A DNA stretch of 64,000 bases from Pyrinomonadaceae bacterium (GCA_036388775.1 DASVRD010000002.1:1482-65481), one strand, 5' to 3'. Shown: positions 18,721 to 28,098, counted from the stretch's first letter. Translations and numbers: made by a program. Notes: generated by a model not told the origin, from the sequence alone.

Positions 18721-20952
18721 TTATCGCAATCCTTTTAGCAAAACCGCATCGTGAAGCCATCCGCCCTGAATGACTGCGAAGGTTTTACCGTCCGGTGAAA
18801 CTGACAGACCATAACCTTCGGTAATTTCTTCATCACCTAAGGCTCGGATTTGGCGCGGCGTTTCTTCATCAAGCTGTTGAAACCATAAAACTTTATTTAC
18901 AAAACCGGGATTAGCTGTAATGTATGCCAGATTTTTCCCGTCCGGCATCCAGGCAATGTGCATTAAAATTAATTTTTTGTCCGCTAAATGAAAGGTTTTC
19001 ACGGTTTGTCCGTCAGCCAGTGAGACAATAGTCAAAATTCTTTCGTCGCCTTGTCTTTCGGAAAAAGCTACCTGTTTACCGTCCGGCGAAAAGGCGAAAC
19101 GCGGTTTTGCTTTATTCAAAACGAGCTGCTGTTCTCCGGTTTTCGCGGAAATGCGCCATAGCATACTGGCAGAGATATGACGGTAATAAACCCATTCGCC
19201 GTCGGGCGAAACAAACACCGGCGCGCCGCCATCCGTCTGAGTCATTTGTGTTTGATTGCTTCCGTCGGTGTTCATCCGCCACAACTGTCCGGAGCCTGAT
19301 TTGTTTGACACGAAAAATACCGATTTATTGTCAGGCGAAACGATTGGGGCGAATTCGTCCGCCGGATTATTGGTTAATTGTCGTTGACCGCTTCCGTCAG
19401 GATTGATACTCCATATTTCGTCGTTGCCCGACATCATTGAAGAAAAATAGATTTTACCGTCCGGGGCAAACGACGCTGAGGAGGCGTTGGTTAAAACAGA
19501 GATGTCTGAAGGATTTTCCCGAGTAATCAACCTAATCCGAAAGTTTTCTTTAAAGTGCGTCGTAACCATTGCGGTCGCATCTTTATTCATATTCAACACC
19601 GCATAAGATTCGGAATCGTTTGTTAACGGCGATGCCTCGCGAGTAGCGGCAGAAACTTGCCAGATGCGAAAGTTTTTGTTGGGAAATCTTGATGCCGTGA
19701 TGAGCAAACCGCTTTTGTCCGGTAGCCAGACTACGTTTTTGATGTCGTAAAACTTCTCAGTGATTAATTCGCGCTCCGCGCCGCTTTCCAGTTCGACTTC
19801 CTTTAGTTCAAATTCGTTCGAAGAGGTTACCGATTGACCCGTGGCAAAGGCGATTGATTTTCCGTCGGGCGCAAAGCGATTCCCTCCGATGCGAAACGGG
19901 TGCGAACGAGAAACGATTTTCCTTTCGTTTTTGCCGTCGTCGGCGTCGGCAATGTAGAGCGAACAGAATTCCTCCTTCTGTTGCGGACAGCGCACGAAAG
20001 AGATTTGCTTACCGTCGGGCGAAATGCTCATCCAGCCAAGTTCCGTCCCGCTCAGAATTTTTTGTGGAATTCCGCCGAAAATAGAAACGCGGTAAATGCT
20101 TTCCGGGTCACCCGACAAACGTACCCCGCGGGCGAAGTAAAGAGTTTTTTCATCCGGTGAGACGGCAAGCGCGAAATATTGTTCATCAGACGGCGGAATT
20201 ATCTCAACGCTGTTTCCGGTTTCGAGTTCCCTTAGCCAGACGCTTTGTTTTTCGGCGCCTGTGCCGTTGGTATAAATCACATTTTTTCCGTCAGGCGAAA
20301 GAACGGCAACGGTTACTTTGCCGGTGGTCGAAAGTTTTTCGGAAGAAAACGGCGCGGATAAAATCGGCGCATTCGGCGCGAAACTTTTGCTTCGCGCGTA
20401 CCACAAACCGATAAAAATTGCTGCCAGGAGCAAACCGCCAATGCCGAGAAAAATCGGCGCATGAGATTTTTTTCTTGTCGGCAAAACCGTCGGTTTTTCA
20501 GTAAAAGCAATTTCCGCAGGCGGAGAAACGATTGACGCACCCGCTTCCGACTGGGGCTGGTTTATTTCCCCCGATTCGTTATTTTCCTCAGGCTGGTCCG
20601 CTTGGTAAAGTTTGAGTTCTACGGGAATTTCTTTAACATCGGCGATAAAACGATAGCCGTGCTGACGAACCGTTTTGATGTATTTGGGATTATGCGCATC
20701 ATCGTCTAAAGCTTTTCGCAACTGGCGAATATTAAAGGTCAGATTGCTGTCTTCGACAAAACTACCCGCCCAGATTTTTTCCATCAATTCATTTTTGCCG
20801 AGCAGCCGTCCGTGATTTTCAACAAGGAGCGAAAGCAGTTCAAAACCCTTTGGAGTGAGTTCGACGGGCTGGTCGCCGCGCAAAAGAATTCGTTCTTTCG
20901 GGTCGAGACGAAATTCTCCGAATTCATATAAGTGCTTGAGCGGCGCGGACAT
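18721..20952 (-). CDS. CadC/OmpR-type winged-helix transcriptional regulator fused via a TM segment to a TolB-like (PD40) beta-propeller
   Basis: 743 aa. N-terminus YEFGEFRLDPKERILLRGDQPVELTPKGFELLSLLVENHGRLLGKNELMEKIW...VRQHGYRF, TM IFLGIGGLLLAAIFIGLWY, then many SPDGK-type repeats. Confidence 0.85.
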   Translation of the reverse strand: MSAPLKHLYEFGEFRLDPKERILLRGDQPVELTPKGFELLSLLVENHGRLLGKNELMEKIWAGSFVEDSNLTFNIRQLRKALDDDAHNPKYIKTVRQHGYRFIADVKEIPVELKLYQADQPEENNESGEINQPQSEAGASIVSPPAEIAFTEKPTVLPTRKKSHAPIFLGIGGLLLAAIFIGLWYARSKSFAPNAPILSAPFSSEKLSTTGKVTVAVLSPDGKNVIYTNGTGAEKQSVWLRELETGNSVEIIPPSDEQYFALAVSPDEKTLYFARGVRLSGDPESIYRVSIFGGIPQKILSGTELGWMSISPDGKQISFVRCPQQKEEFCSLYIADADDGKNERKIVSRSHPFRIGGNRFAPDGKSIAFATGQSVTSSNEFELKEVELESGAERELITEKFYDIKNVVWLPDKSGLLITASRFPNKNFRIWQVSAATREASPLTNDSESYAVLNMNKDATAMVTTHFKENFRIRLITRENPSDISVLTNASSASFAPDGKIYFSSMMSGNDEIWSINPDGSGQRQLTNNPADEFAPIVSPDNKSVFFVSNKSGSGQLWRMNTDGSNQTQMTQTDGGAPVFVSPDGEWVYYRHISASMLWRISAKTGEQQLVLNKAKPRFAFSPDGKQVAFSERQGDERILTIVSLADGQTVKTFHLADKKLILMHIAWMPDGKNLAYITANPGFVNKVLWFQQLDEETPRQIRALGDEEITEGYGLSVSPDGKTFAVIQGGWLHDAVLLKGLR

Positions 20953-20977
20953 AATATACTTCCGGGAAAGGTCTAAT

Positions 20978-21075
20978 CTAATTCTAATCTGTTTCTCATT
21001 TGGCAGCCCGAAAGCCGAAAAGATTAATTCGAGACGCCAAAAAAGCTCTCATTTAATTCTAATTTATTTCTCATG
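20978..21075. promoter_or_regulatory. pair of 23-nt direct repeats in a divergent promoter region (candidate operator)
   Basis: ctaattctaatctgtttctcatt (20978-21000) and ttaattctaatttatttctcatg (21053-21075) match at 19 of 23 positions, start-to-start spacing 75 nt. They lie between the winged-helix regulator gene and the diiron gene. Confidence 0.4.
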
Positions 21076-21251
21076 CAATTTAATTTCAATCCCACGTATG
21101 GTGAATGACCGAGATTGTTCCGGCAGAACATTTCAAGTCGCGGTGCGAACGGACGCGAATATTTTTGACATTTATAAAAACAAAACATTTTTTCATCTTC
21201 GTTCGCCGGGAAAATTCAAAAAACAGAGAAATTAAAAAGGAGTTAATAATT

Positions 21252-22190
21252 ATGCATGATGCAATAGCAACCAAAACGAAAGCCCTGCAATATGATTATC
21301 GCGAAACCTTAGCCGCTTCGCAACGCGTGAACTGGCGAATCGAAGACATTATCGGCGGCGACAAACAGCTTGATTTTAATAAGCCGTTTATGCCCGAATC
21401 GCTCGTCAGAGTCGAGCAGTTGCCGTTCTTAAACGCCGAGGAGAAACGAATCTTGAACCAAATTCGCGGACACGCATATCTGTGCATCTTCGGTCTGGTC
21501 GAAGAATTCATTTTGCCGTTTGTGCTTGATCACGTTCGCCCGTCGCTCGATGAAAACGATTATCGCGTGCGCGCTTTTCTGCAGTTTGCCGGCGAAGAAG
21601 CCAAGCATATCCAACTGTTCAAAGCGTTTACGGAAGAATTTCACAAAAAGTTTTCGACCGAATGCGCCGTCATCGGACCGCCCGCCGAGGTGGCAAAAGC
21701 GGTTTTGTCGCATCAGCCTTTGGCAGTCGCGCTCGTCATCCTCCAAATCGAATGGATGTCGCAGCTACACTATATTGACAGCATTAAAGATAATCAAGAG
21801 CTTGACCCGCAATTCAAAAGTCTGCTCAAAAATCACTGGCTCGAAGAAGCCCAGCACGCCAAGCTCGACACTCTGATGATCGAAGCGCTCGCCGGCGGAA
21901 TGACCGAACAGCAAATCGAATCGGCGGTTGACGAATATCTGGCAATCGGCGGATTTCTCGACGGCGGATTAAAACAGCAGACGTTTTTCGATATGGAAGC
22001 GCTCGAAAGAGCGACGGGAAGACAATTGTCCGAAACCGAACGCGAAGAATTTATGACGATTCAGCATCAAGCCGACCGCTGGACGTATCTCGGTTCGGGA
22101 ATGACACACCCGAAATTCCTGGAAACGCTCGGAAAATTGAGTCCCGCGCAAAGAAAACGCATCGAGGAAATTGCCCCGGTATTTTGTTAA
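21252..22190 (+). CDS. ferritin-like diiron-carboxylate protein (AurF/N-oxygenase-like fold)
   Basis: Track ORF 21105-22190; ATG 21252 follows AAGGAG. Two E...ExxH pairs: LVEEF ... GEEAKHIQLF and QIEW ... LEEAQHAKLD. Confidence 0.6.
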   Translation: MHDAIATKTKALQYDYRETLAASQRVNWRIEDIIGGDKQLDFNKPFMPESLVRVEQLPFLNAEEKRILNQIRGHAYLCIFGLVEEFILPFVLDHVRPSLDENDYRVRAFLQFAGEEAKHIQLFKAFTEEFHKKFSTECAVIGPPAEVAKAVLSHQPLAVALVILQIEWMSQLHYIDSIKDNQELDPQFKSLLKNHWLEEAQHAKLDTLMIEALAGGMTEQQIESAVDEYLAIGGFLDGGLKQQTFFDMEALERATGRQLSETEREEFMTIQHQADRWTYLGSGMTHPKFLETLGKLSPAQRKRIEEIAPVFC

Positions 22191-22341
22191 AGGCGCAGAG
22201 TCCCGTCAATTAAGCCGCCACGCGAAATTGTCTGTCACCGCTTTGTAATCCTGGTGGTCGGGGATTCTCGCGTTCGGCTGCGGGGCGCGGATTCGGCGTC
22301 AACTGTGACAAAACTTCCCGGAGAAATTGGAGAGAAAAGAT

Positions 22342-23685
22342 ATGAGTGGAAATTATACAACAAACGTAAAGAGCGCTAATAACGCAAATGATGAAGTGAT
22401 TGTAGAGAACGCGATCAGAGAATATGCGAAAGGTCTTTTAGAGGATGACGTTATCGGTGAATACGAATGTCAGATCGCAGAATGGGAGATGTTTCTGAAT
22501 AAGGTTCTCGATGCCGAAAGACTGGCTCTCAAAAATCACGAAGATACACTGAAAAGTGTTTTAAACGAACAGCAGCAACAAGATCAATTGGGTGCAATGT
22601 TTGCAATGATGGCGCTCTCTCTGGCTTCCGGTCCCGCGCTTTCTTGGATCGTCGGCGCAATCGAAACCAGGGTCTTCCCGAAATATTTTTCGATGCGCCA
22701 AAATACGTCTCAAAAGGTTTTATTGGAACATAAAAACAACACCACACCGACGTTTTTTACCAGGTATCGAAGCGAGAACGAATACAACCAGGTGGCGGCA
22801 AAGGTTTTTGGAGAGTTTACCGCTAATGTGGTGCAAAAAGGGTACATTGATCCGATAAATTATTACATCTCGAAATTGCCCGAGCGAAACGCCGGTAATA
22901 ACAATAGGTCATATCAGGAATTAACCGCCATCGCTCTGATCCCGGATAACGACAACAGCGACAACCTGTATAAAAGTCTGAAAACCCGCATCGAGAACGC
23001 TCTTAAGGAAGAAATAATGACGACCAGAAGCCGAATTCGGGAGTTGGCATTGAACGTCAGACGCGACACCCAATTCGGCAAAACAATGCTGAACATCCTC
23101 TACAAGCTAAATCCGCAGGCTGAAAAATGGGGGCTTCGGGAAAAACAGAAAGCGGCGGAATTATTTATTGAAAATTGGATTGACGGCTGCCGCGCGGAAT
23201 GGGCAAAGAAATGGCTTTATTTCGGCAACAATCCGCCGACCACTTCGATTTATGAAATGAGCCGCAGGCTTGAGCGTGAAATCTGGAAGATGTGGATTCT
23301 CGATCAGGAATTCAAATTCCATAAAACGGAACCGACGGATAATCAGGACGGCGTCACCCTGATCGGATTCAAGTGGGTTGAGGGACGCAATAAAATTAAG
23401 CTTCACAAACTCATTGTCGAAAGACTGATTGATCTCGGCGTCGTCATTCCGCAAACAAGCAAACAATTCGAGGCGCTAAACGAGCGCAATTTCGGCAAAT
23501 CGAACAAAGAAATCCCGAGTGTTTTCGTTGACGACACGGTTGATAGCCCCGAGGAACTGGCAGAAATACAAAGCTGGGCTAAGAATCACACGACCGAGCT
23601 GCTTAACGGCAAATTCGACACTACGCCGCGAGGAATCGGGTCAATTGTCAATGTTCACAAAGCATGTATAGGAAAAAGGCGGTGA
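22342..23685 (+). CDS. hypothetical protein (447 aa), no domain recognised
   Basis: ATG 22342 after GGAGAG. E/K/Q-rich N-terminal region, one hydrophobic stretch GAMFAMMALSLASGPALSWIVGAI, W-rich C-terminal half (ENWIDGCRAEWAKKWLYFG, EIWKMWILDQEF). Uses AGA/AGG/ATA codons more than neighbouring genes. Confidence 0.6.
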   Translation: MSGNYTTNVKSANNANDEVIVENAIREYAKGLLEDDVIGEYECQIAEWEMFLNKVLDAERLALKNHEDTLKSVLNEQQQQDQLGAMFAMMALSLASGPALSWIVGAIETRVFPKYFSMRQNTSQKVLLEHKNNTTPTFFTRYRSENEYNQVAAKVFGEFTANVVQKGYIDPINYYISKLPERNAGNNNRSYQELTAIALIPDNDNSDNLYKSLKTRIENALKEEIMTTRSRIRELALNVRRDTQFGKTMLNILYKLNPQAEKWGLREKQKAAELFIENWIDGCRAEWAKKWLYFGNNPPTTSIYEMSRRLEREIWKMWILDQEFKFHKTEPTDNQDGVTLIGFKWVEGRNKIKLHKLIVERLIDLGVVIPQTSKQFEALNERNFGKSNKEIPSVFVDDTVDSPEELAEIQSWAKNHTTELLNGKFDTTPRGIGSIVNVHKACIGKRR

Positions 23686-23732
23686 CTCAAAAACGAGAAC
23701 CAGCGTCAATTTTTAGAAAAAGGACTGAAATC

Positions 23733-24974
23733 ATGAAAAGAAATTTAGCAAAAACATTTGTATTTTTAAGCCTTATCGCGTTCGGCACAGGCGTATGTTT
23801 GGCGCAGATAACGGTCGTTCTTCCGAAAATAAAAATCGGAAAATCGGTAAAGGAGCTGCCGAAAATCAAGGATGAGAATACAAATACAATAACAACGAAC
23901 ACAACAACGACCACAAACGGAAATTTGAATCCGAAAACGTCTGGTTCAAAGTTGATTTACGAAAATCAGTACCCGACGAACGTGCCGGTTTTTCTGAAAA
24001 ACTCGATTTACGTCGAGGCTATAACCACGGACGAATACTGGAAAATGAAAGGACAGAAAAATTATTCGAGCTGGATTCCGAAGATTCGTTTCAATCAGTT
24101 TTACAACGAGGAGAAAGTTTTAAATTACACGGTCGAATATTTCAACCCGGACGGCTCGGCGTGGTACGGCGAAAATTTGGAGTCAAGCGGCAGAAACGCC
24201 GACCGCACGGTTTTGTATCAAAGTCCGAGTCCGTATGGAAACGGCGTTATTGATACTAAAACAACCAATGGGACGGGCGTTTATTCGTTCAAAATTACCA
24301 ATCAGGACACAAAAGAAGTTCTTTATCAAGGCAAATTCAAAGTCGGAAAATACACCCGCGCCCAAAGCCCGCAGGAGAAAAACAAATTCGGTTTCTACGT
24401 CGAACACGATTGGCTGCTGCCGTTCGGACATATCGGATTTCACTTTAGCGGTTTGGAATTCGGCGGAATGTCGCCGCAGGTCAGCGTTTGGCTGAAAGGC
24501 GCGGTTGAGGCGAACGAACTCGAAGCTCGCGTTTTTTACAAAGGGCAGCAAATCGCTTCAACCAAAGACAGCGGCGGCGCGGCGGATTACGACCCCAGAC
24601 AATCGGACTACGCGGCGGCTTTCGTTCCAAGCAACGTCTGGAAACGCTGGCAGTTTACCTGGGGAAACTTCCTGTTCGACAACAACGGCAGCTTTAACCG
24701 CGAGAATTACCCGGACGCTTTTTACGCCGACAAAAATCCGGGCGATTACACAATCAAAATCTATCGCAGCGGCGCGCAAATCCGCGAGTTGGGCTTTACC
24801 ATCGGCGCTGACGGCAGATTCGCCGCTCCCGCTTATACAAATCAGATTCCTTTGCCGTATCACGCGATAATCGTGCCGGTAAAAGTTATCGGAACGACGG
24901 AGAAATGGGACGCGGCGGCTTGGAAAACCGAGGCTTTCTACGGAAATCCTTTGAACGGATTCGCAGTCCAATAA
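23733..24974 (+). CDS. secreted hypothetical protein (413 aa), no domain recognised
   Basis: ATG 23733. Signal peptide MKRNLAKTFVFLSLIAFGTGVCLAQ, a T/N-rich linker (NTNTITTNTTTTTNGN), then an aromatic-rich, probably beta-rich body. Confidence 0.65.
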   Translation: MKRNLAKTFVFLSLIAFGTGVCLAQITVVLPKIKIGKSVKELPKIKDENTNTITTNTTTTTNGNLNPKTSGSKLIYENQYPTNVPVFLKNSIYVEAITTDEYWKMKGQKNYSSWIPKIRFNQFYNEEKVLNYTVEYFNPDGSAWYGENLESSGRNADRTVLYQSPSPYGNGVIDTKTTNGTGVYSFKITNQDTKEVLYQGKFKVGKYTRAQSPQEKNKFGFYVEHDWLLPFGHIGFHFSGLEFGGMSPQVSVWLKGAVEANELEARVFYKGQQIASTKDSGGAADYDPRQSDYAAAFVPSNVWKRWQFTWGNFLFDNNGSFNRENYPDAFYADKNPGDYTIKIYRSGAQIRELGFTIGADGRFAAPAYTNQIPLPYHAIIVPVKVIGTTEKWDAAAWKTEAFYGNPLNGFAVQ

Positions 24975-25122
24975 GCGTTTGCGCAAATTGCTTTTGAATT
25001 GAAAGAGAAAAATGCCTGCGAAGGTGAAACGGAAAGCCGCTTTTAATTAAATAATCCGGCGGCAGAATGAAAGAGATAAATGTATGGAATCTTTTTATAA
25101 ACAAACAACCATCGCGTGCACG

Positions 25123-25548
25123 ATGCTGCCAGCCGCGTTTTCCGCAAAATCATATCCGGTTGAAACAATGTTTAATTTACATTACCAAATCGTTCTGCGT
25201 GTTGCGGACGAGGCAAATCCGATTGAGGAAAAATGGCGCTTGCAGTTTTATAAATATCTCGCAAGCTGCGTCAAAATCTGCGGCGGAAGAGTTGAAACAA
25301 TCGGCGGCGCGCCGAATCAGGTGCATTTGCTCATCGCTTTATGCTCGACGAAAGCTCTCGCCCAATTTGTGCGTGAGTTGAGATTACTTTCTCAAACCTG
25401 GGTGCGGCGAAAATTGCAAATTCCCGATTTCGCCTGGCAGGAAGGCGGCGAAGCTTTTACCGTCAGCCTGACGCAGCTCGCACGAGTCAAAGCTTTCATT
25501 CAACGGCGCGACGCACATTATCGGCAACACAGTTCGCAGCAGGAATAA
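25123..25548 (+). CDS. IS200/IS605-type Y1 (HUH) transposase-like protein with degenerate catalytic motifs
   Basis: Pattern NLHYQIVLRV ... NQVHLLIAL ... FAWQEGGEAFTVS ... VKAFIQRRDAHYRQHS follows the TnpA(IS200)-like layout. It has Q-V-H where H-u-H is expected, and F where I expect the catalytic Y (comparison from memory). Confidence 0.6.
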   Translation: MLPAAFSAKSYPVETMFNLHYQIVLRVADEANPIEEKWRLQFYKYLASCVKICGGRVETIGGAPNQVHLLIALCSTKALAQFVRELRLLSQTWVRRKLQIPDFAWQEGGEAFTVSLTQLARVKAFIQRRDAHYRQHSSQQE

Positions 25549-25836
25549 GCCTAACATTGGCAAAAAAAGGAGAAAGAAATGCCTGCAAAAAGGAAGTAAT
25601 CATCGTCCGCGAACTGATCCACGCCGGATGCAAAACGCGGTCGCTCCGGGCGGCTGAAACCCGTAGCCGCAACTAGTTTCAATCACAAAAACAAACCCTT
25701 TTCCCGGCTCTGCTTTACAGGAGCGGATAAAGCTGCGCGCGGCGTCGCCCGCAGAAACGGGTTGGATAAATCAACGATTGGCTGTGCTGCCAATCAAAAC
25801 CTAAAACTAAAAATTCAAATAATAAGGAGAAAGTAA

Positions 25837-26388
25837 ATGCAAATCATAAACATACAACATATCGTCAGGCTTATTGTTTTGCTCGGCACCGTCGCCGGGT
25901 TAACGCTCGCCTTTAACACGTCCGCCAGAGCGGGCGACAACAAAGCGCCGGAATTGCCGCCCTCGTGCGAGAAATTGCAGGTGCCCGCGGGAAATAAAGT
26001 GTCCTTTCACGTTTACGCGATTGGCGTGCAGGTTTACAGATGGAACGGCGCTAGCTGGGATTTTGTCGCGCCTGTGGCGAATTTGTACGCCGACGAGGAT
26101 TTTCAAGGGCAGGTCGGCATTCATTACGCCGGACCGACCTGGGAAAGCAACAGCGGGAGCAAAGTAGTCGCCAAGCGCCTGGAAGGTTGTGACCCCAATC
26201 CCAACGCCATTTCCTGGCTGCTGCTTCAAACGGTTTCGAGTGAGGGACCAGGCATTTTCAGGAAGGTAACCTATATCCAGCGAGTGAACACGAGCGGCGG
26301 TTTACGTCCCGCCACTTCCGGCTCTGTTATCGGCGAAGAGGCAAGAGTGCCGTACACGACAGAGTACTTATTCTATCGCGCGCAATAA
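25837..26388 (+). CDS. secreted DUF3455-family protein
   Basis: AAGGAG before ATG, plus a signal peptide. FHVYAIGVQVYRW...GIHYAGPTWESNSGSKVV...ISWLLL...VTYIQRVNTSGG matches my memory of DUF3455. Confidence 0.6.
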   Translation: MQIINIQHIVRLIVLLGTVAGLTLAFNTSARAGDNKAPELPPSCEKLQVPAGNKVSFHVYAIGVQVYRWNGASWDFVAPVANLYADEDFQGQVGIHYAGPTWESNSGSKVVAKRLEGCDPNPNAISWLLLQTVSSEGPGIFRKVTYIQRVNTSGGLRPATSGSVIGEEARVPYTTEYLFYRAQ

Positions 26389-26393
26389 GGCAA

Positions 26394-26425
26394 ATGTGTT
26401 GTCCCGGAAATTCGGGACAACACAT
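26394..26425 (+). terminator. hairpin terminator after the DUF3455 gene
   Basis: atgtgttgtcccg (26394-26406) is the perfect complement of cgggacaacacat (26413-26425), with a 6-nt loop. Confidence 0.65.
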
Positions 26426-26469
26426 CTTTCAGTGAACACAAAACAAATAGAAATAAACGGAAAAATAAT

Positions 26470-27159
26470 ATGAATAAGCTTAAGCAATACTTATCGTTAC
26501 CAATCGGACTTTCAATGATATTCTTTGTCGCAGGCTCTGCTTTCGGGCAGAAATCGAGCGAAGCGAAGAATGCAAATGAGAACGCTGCGGCAAATGCCAA
26601 TGCCGCAAATATCCAGACGGTTGATGCCAGACAAAGCGGCGAGTGGAATGTCGGAATTAATCCGACAAAAAATACCGTTCAGCTTGCGAACACAACGTCG
26701 AATCCGCTGCCGGTGAAAGTCGTCGAAAGCGGCGCGAGAAGACCGTTTCAAACACGGATTTCGTTAAATGTCGAATCAGGCGGAGGTCTCGCGTCCGGTT
26801 TTTTGCCGATTCCCGCCGGTAAACGATTCGTCATCGAAAACGTCTCGGCAATCGCCCGAACTCCCGTCGGTCTGCGGATGGATATTAATTATTTCACTTA
26901 TTTTGACGACGATTTCGACGGCATCGCCGACATCAACGACATCACGTTTCACCGGTTCGTGCTGACCGAACAGGGTACGTTCAACAACCAGGCGACGGCG
27001 ACGGCTAATCATAAGGTTCTGGTATTTGCAGAAGAACAAATCGGACAAGGGCATTACCAGATAGGCGTGCGCGTCACCCTGAGCGGACCCAATACAGCCC
27101 ACGCGCAAGGACAAATAACTTTTTCCGGTTATCTGGAAGATTTGCCGCCGCAGCAATAG
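26470..27159 (+). CDS. secreted hypothetical protein
   Basis: 229 aa. Signal peptide LSMIFFVAGSAFGQ. No recognised domain. Confidence 0.6.
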   Translation: MNKLKQYLSLPIGLSMIFFVAGSAFGQKSSEAKNANENAAANANAANIQTVDARQSGEWNVGINPTKNTVQLANTTSNPLPVKVVESGARRPFQTRISLNVESGGGLASGFLPIPAGKRFVIENVSAIARTPVGLRMDINYFTYFDDDFDGIADINDITFHRFVLTEQGTFNNQATATANHKVLVFAEEQIGQGHYQIGVRVTLSGPNTAHAQGQITFSGYLEDLPPQQ

Positions 27160-27171
27160 GGCACAATGACG

Positions 27172-27216
27172 GTTTCTGCGATTGCCGCGCGTTGTTCTCG
27201 TGACAATCGCAGAAAC
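27172..27216 (+). terminator. hairpin (no T-tract) downstream of 26470-27159
   Basis: gtttctgcgattg (27172-27184) is the perfect complement of caatcgcagaaac (27204-27216), with a 19-nt loop. Confidence 0.45.
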
Positions 27217-27264
27217 GATTAATCACTTAAATTATATTCAAACAAAAGAGAGGAAATAATATTT

Positions 27265-28098
27265 ATGAATGCAACGATATTGCAGATGACTCCGGAAATG
27301 GAAACGTTAAAGACAAAATTGAAAGCGACCTGGGTTTCCGGCGACTTCGGTAAAATCGCCGAATCTTTCACCGTTGGAGCAGCCGAATTTGTCGAGAGGT
27401 TAAATTTAAAACCCGGAATGCGCGTTCTTGACGTGGCTTGCGGCAACGGCAATCAATCAATCCCGGCGGCATTGACGGGAGCCGAAGTAACAGGCGTTGA
27501 TATTGCGCCGAATCTTATCGAACAAGCACGAAAACGAGCCGCAAGTGCAGATTTGAGAATTAAATTTGAAGAGGGTGACGCCGAAAATCTGCCTTACGGG
27601 GATGCTGAATTTGATGTCGTGATGACAATGTTCGGCGCGATGTTTGCGCCGCGCCCCGAACTGGTTTCGGCTGAACTTATCCGCGTTTGTCGTCCCGGCG
27701 GCGTGATTGCGATGGCTAATTGGACTCCGACCGGCTTTGTCGGGCAGATGTTCAAAATTGTCGGCTCGCACGTTCCGCCTCCGCCGAATATGCCTTCGCC
27801 TTTGCTTTGGGGAGATGAAACGAAGGTGCGCTTCCGTTTGGGCGAAGGAGTTTCGCAAATCAATTTTGAGCCGCGCTTGATTTCATTTACGTTTCCGTTC
27901 AGCGTGCCGGAAACGGTCGAATACTGGCGCGAGTTTTACGGTCCGACGCACAAAGCCTTTGCCGCGCTCGATGCCGACGGACAAACCGCTTTGCGGCGGG
28001 ATTTGGAAAAATTATGGGCGGAAAACAATCTCGCTACAGACAGAACAACCGAAATCAAAGCGGAATATCTTGAAGTAACGGCAGTTCGCAATGAATAA
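27265..28098 (+). CDS. class I SAM-dependent methyltransferase
   Basis: 277 aa. Motif I VLDVACGNGNQSI, then acidic post-I GVDIAP and DAENLPYGDAEFDVV. Confidence 0.8.
   Translation: MNATILQMTPEMETLKTKLKATWVSGDFGKIAESFTVGAAEFVERLNLKPGMRVLDVACGNGNQSIPAALTGAEVTGVDIAPNLIEQARKRAASADLRIKFEEGDAENLPYGDAEFDVVMTMFGAMFAPRPELVSAELIRVCRPGGVIAMANWTPTGFVGQMFKIVGSHVPPPPNMPSPLLWGDETKVRFRLGEGVSQINFEPRLISFTFPFSVPETVEYWREFYGPTHKAFAALDADGQTALRRDLEKLWAENNLATDRTTEIKAEYLEVTAVRNE

Noticed and set aside
22191-22341. 150-nt GC-rich leader between the diiron gene and the orphan gene, with partial repeats (cggggattc / cgcggattc)
   Set aside because: The repeats are short and imperfect, and no stable hairpin or known motif was identified.
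23875-23920. ACAACGA-like tandem units inside the secreted orphan gene, resembling the right arm of the 5129-5266 element
   Set aside because: No inverted partner lies nearby. The stretch simply encodes a Thr/Asn-rich linker (TNTTTTTNGN).
25123-25548. Direct claim that the Y1 transposase-like gene mobilises the hairpin family (a REP/RAYT system)
   Set aside because: The protein appears catalytically degenerate. It is not itself flanked by heptamer hairpins, and the hairpins do not share one consensus as REPs do. This is kept only as a hypothesis to test, not as an annotation.
25598-25836. Relatively GC-rich 240-nt untranslated stretch upstream of the DUF3455 gene; considered as a riboswitch, ncRNA or transposase C-terminal remnant
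   Set aside because: I could not draw a convincing conserved structure or match any riboswitch core by eye. The frames are short and unlike the expected transposase C-terminus. This needs covariance-model scanning.
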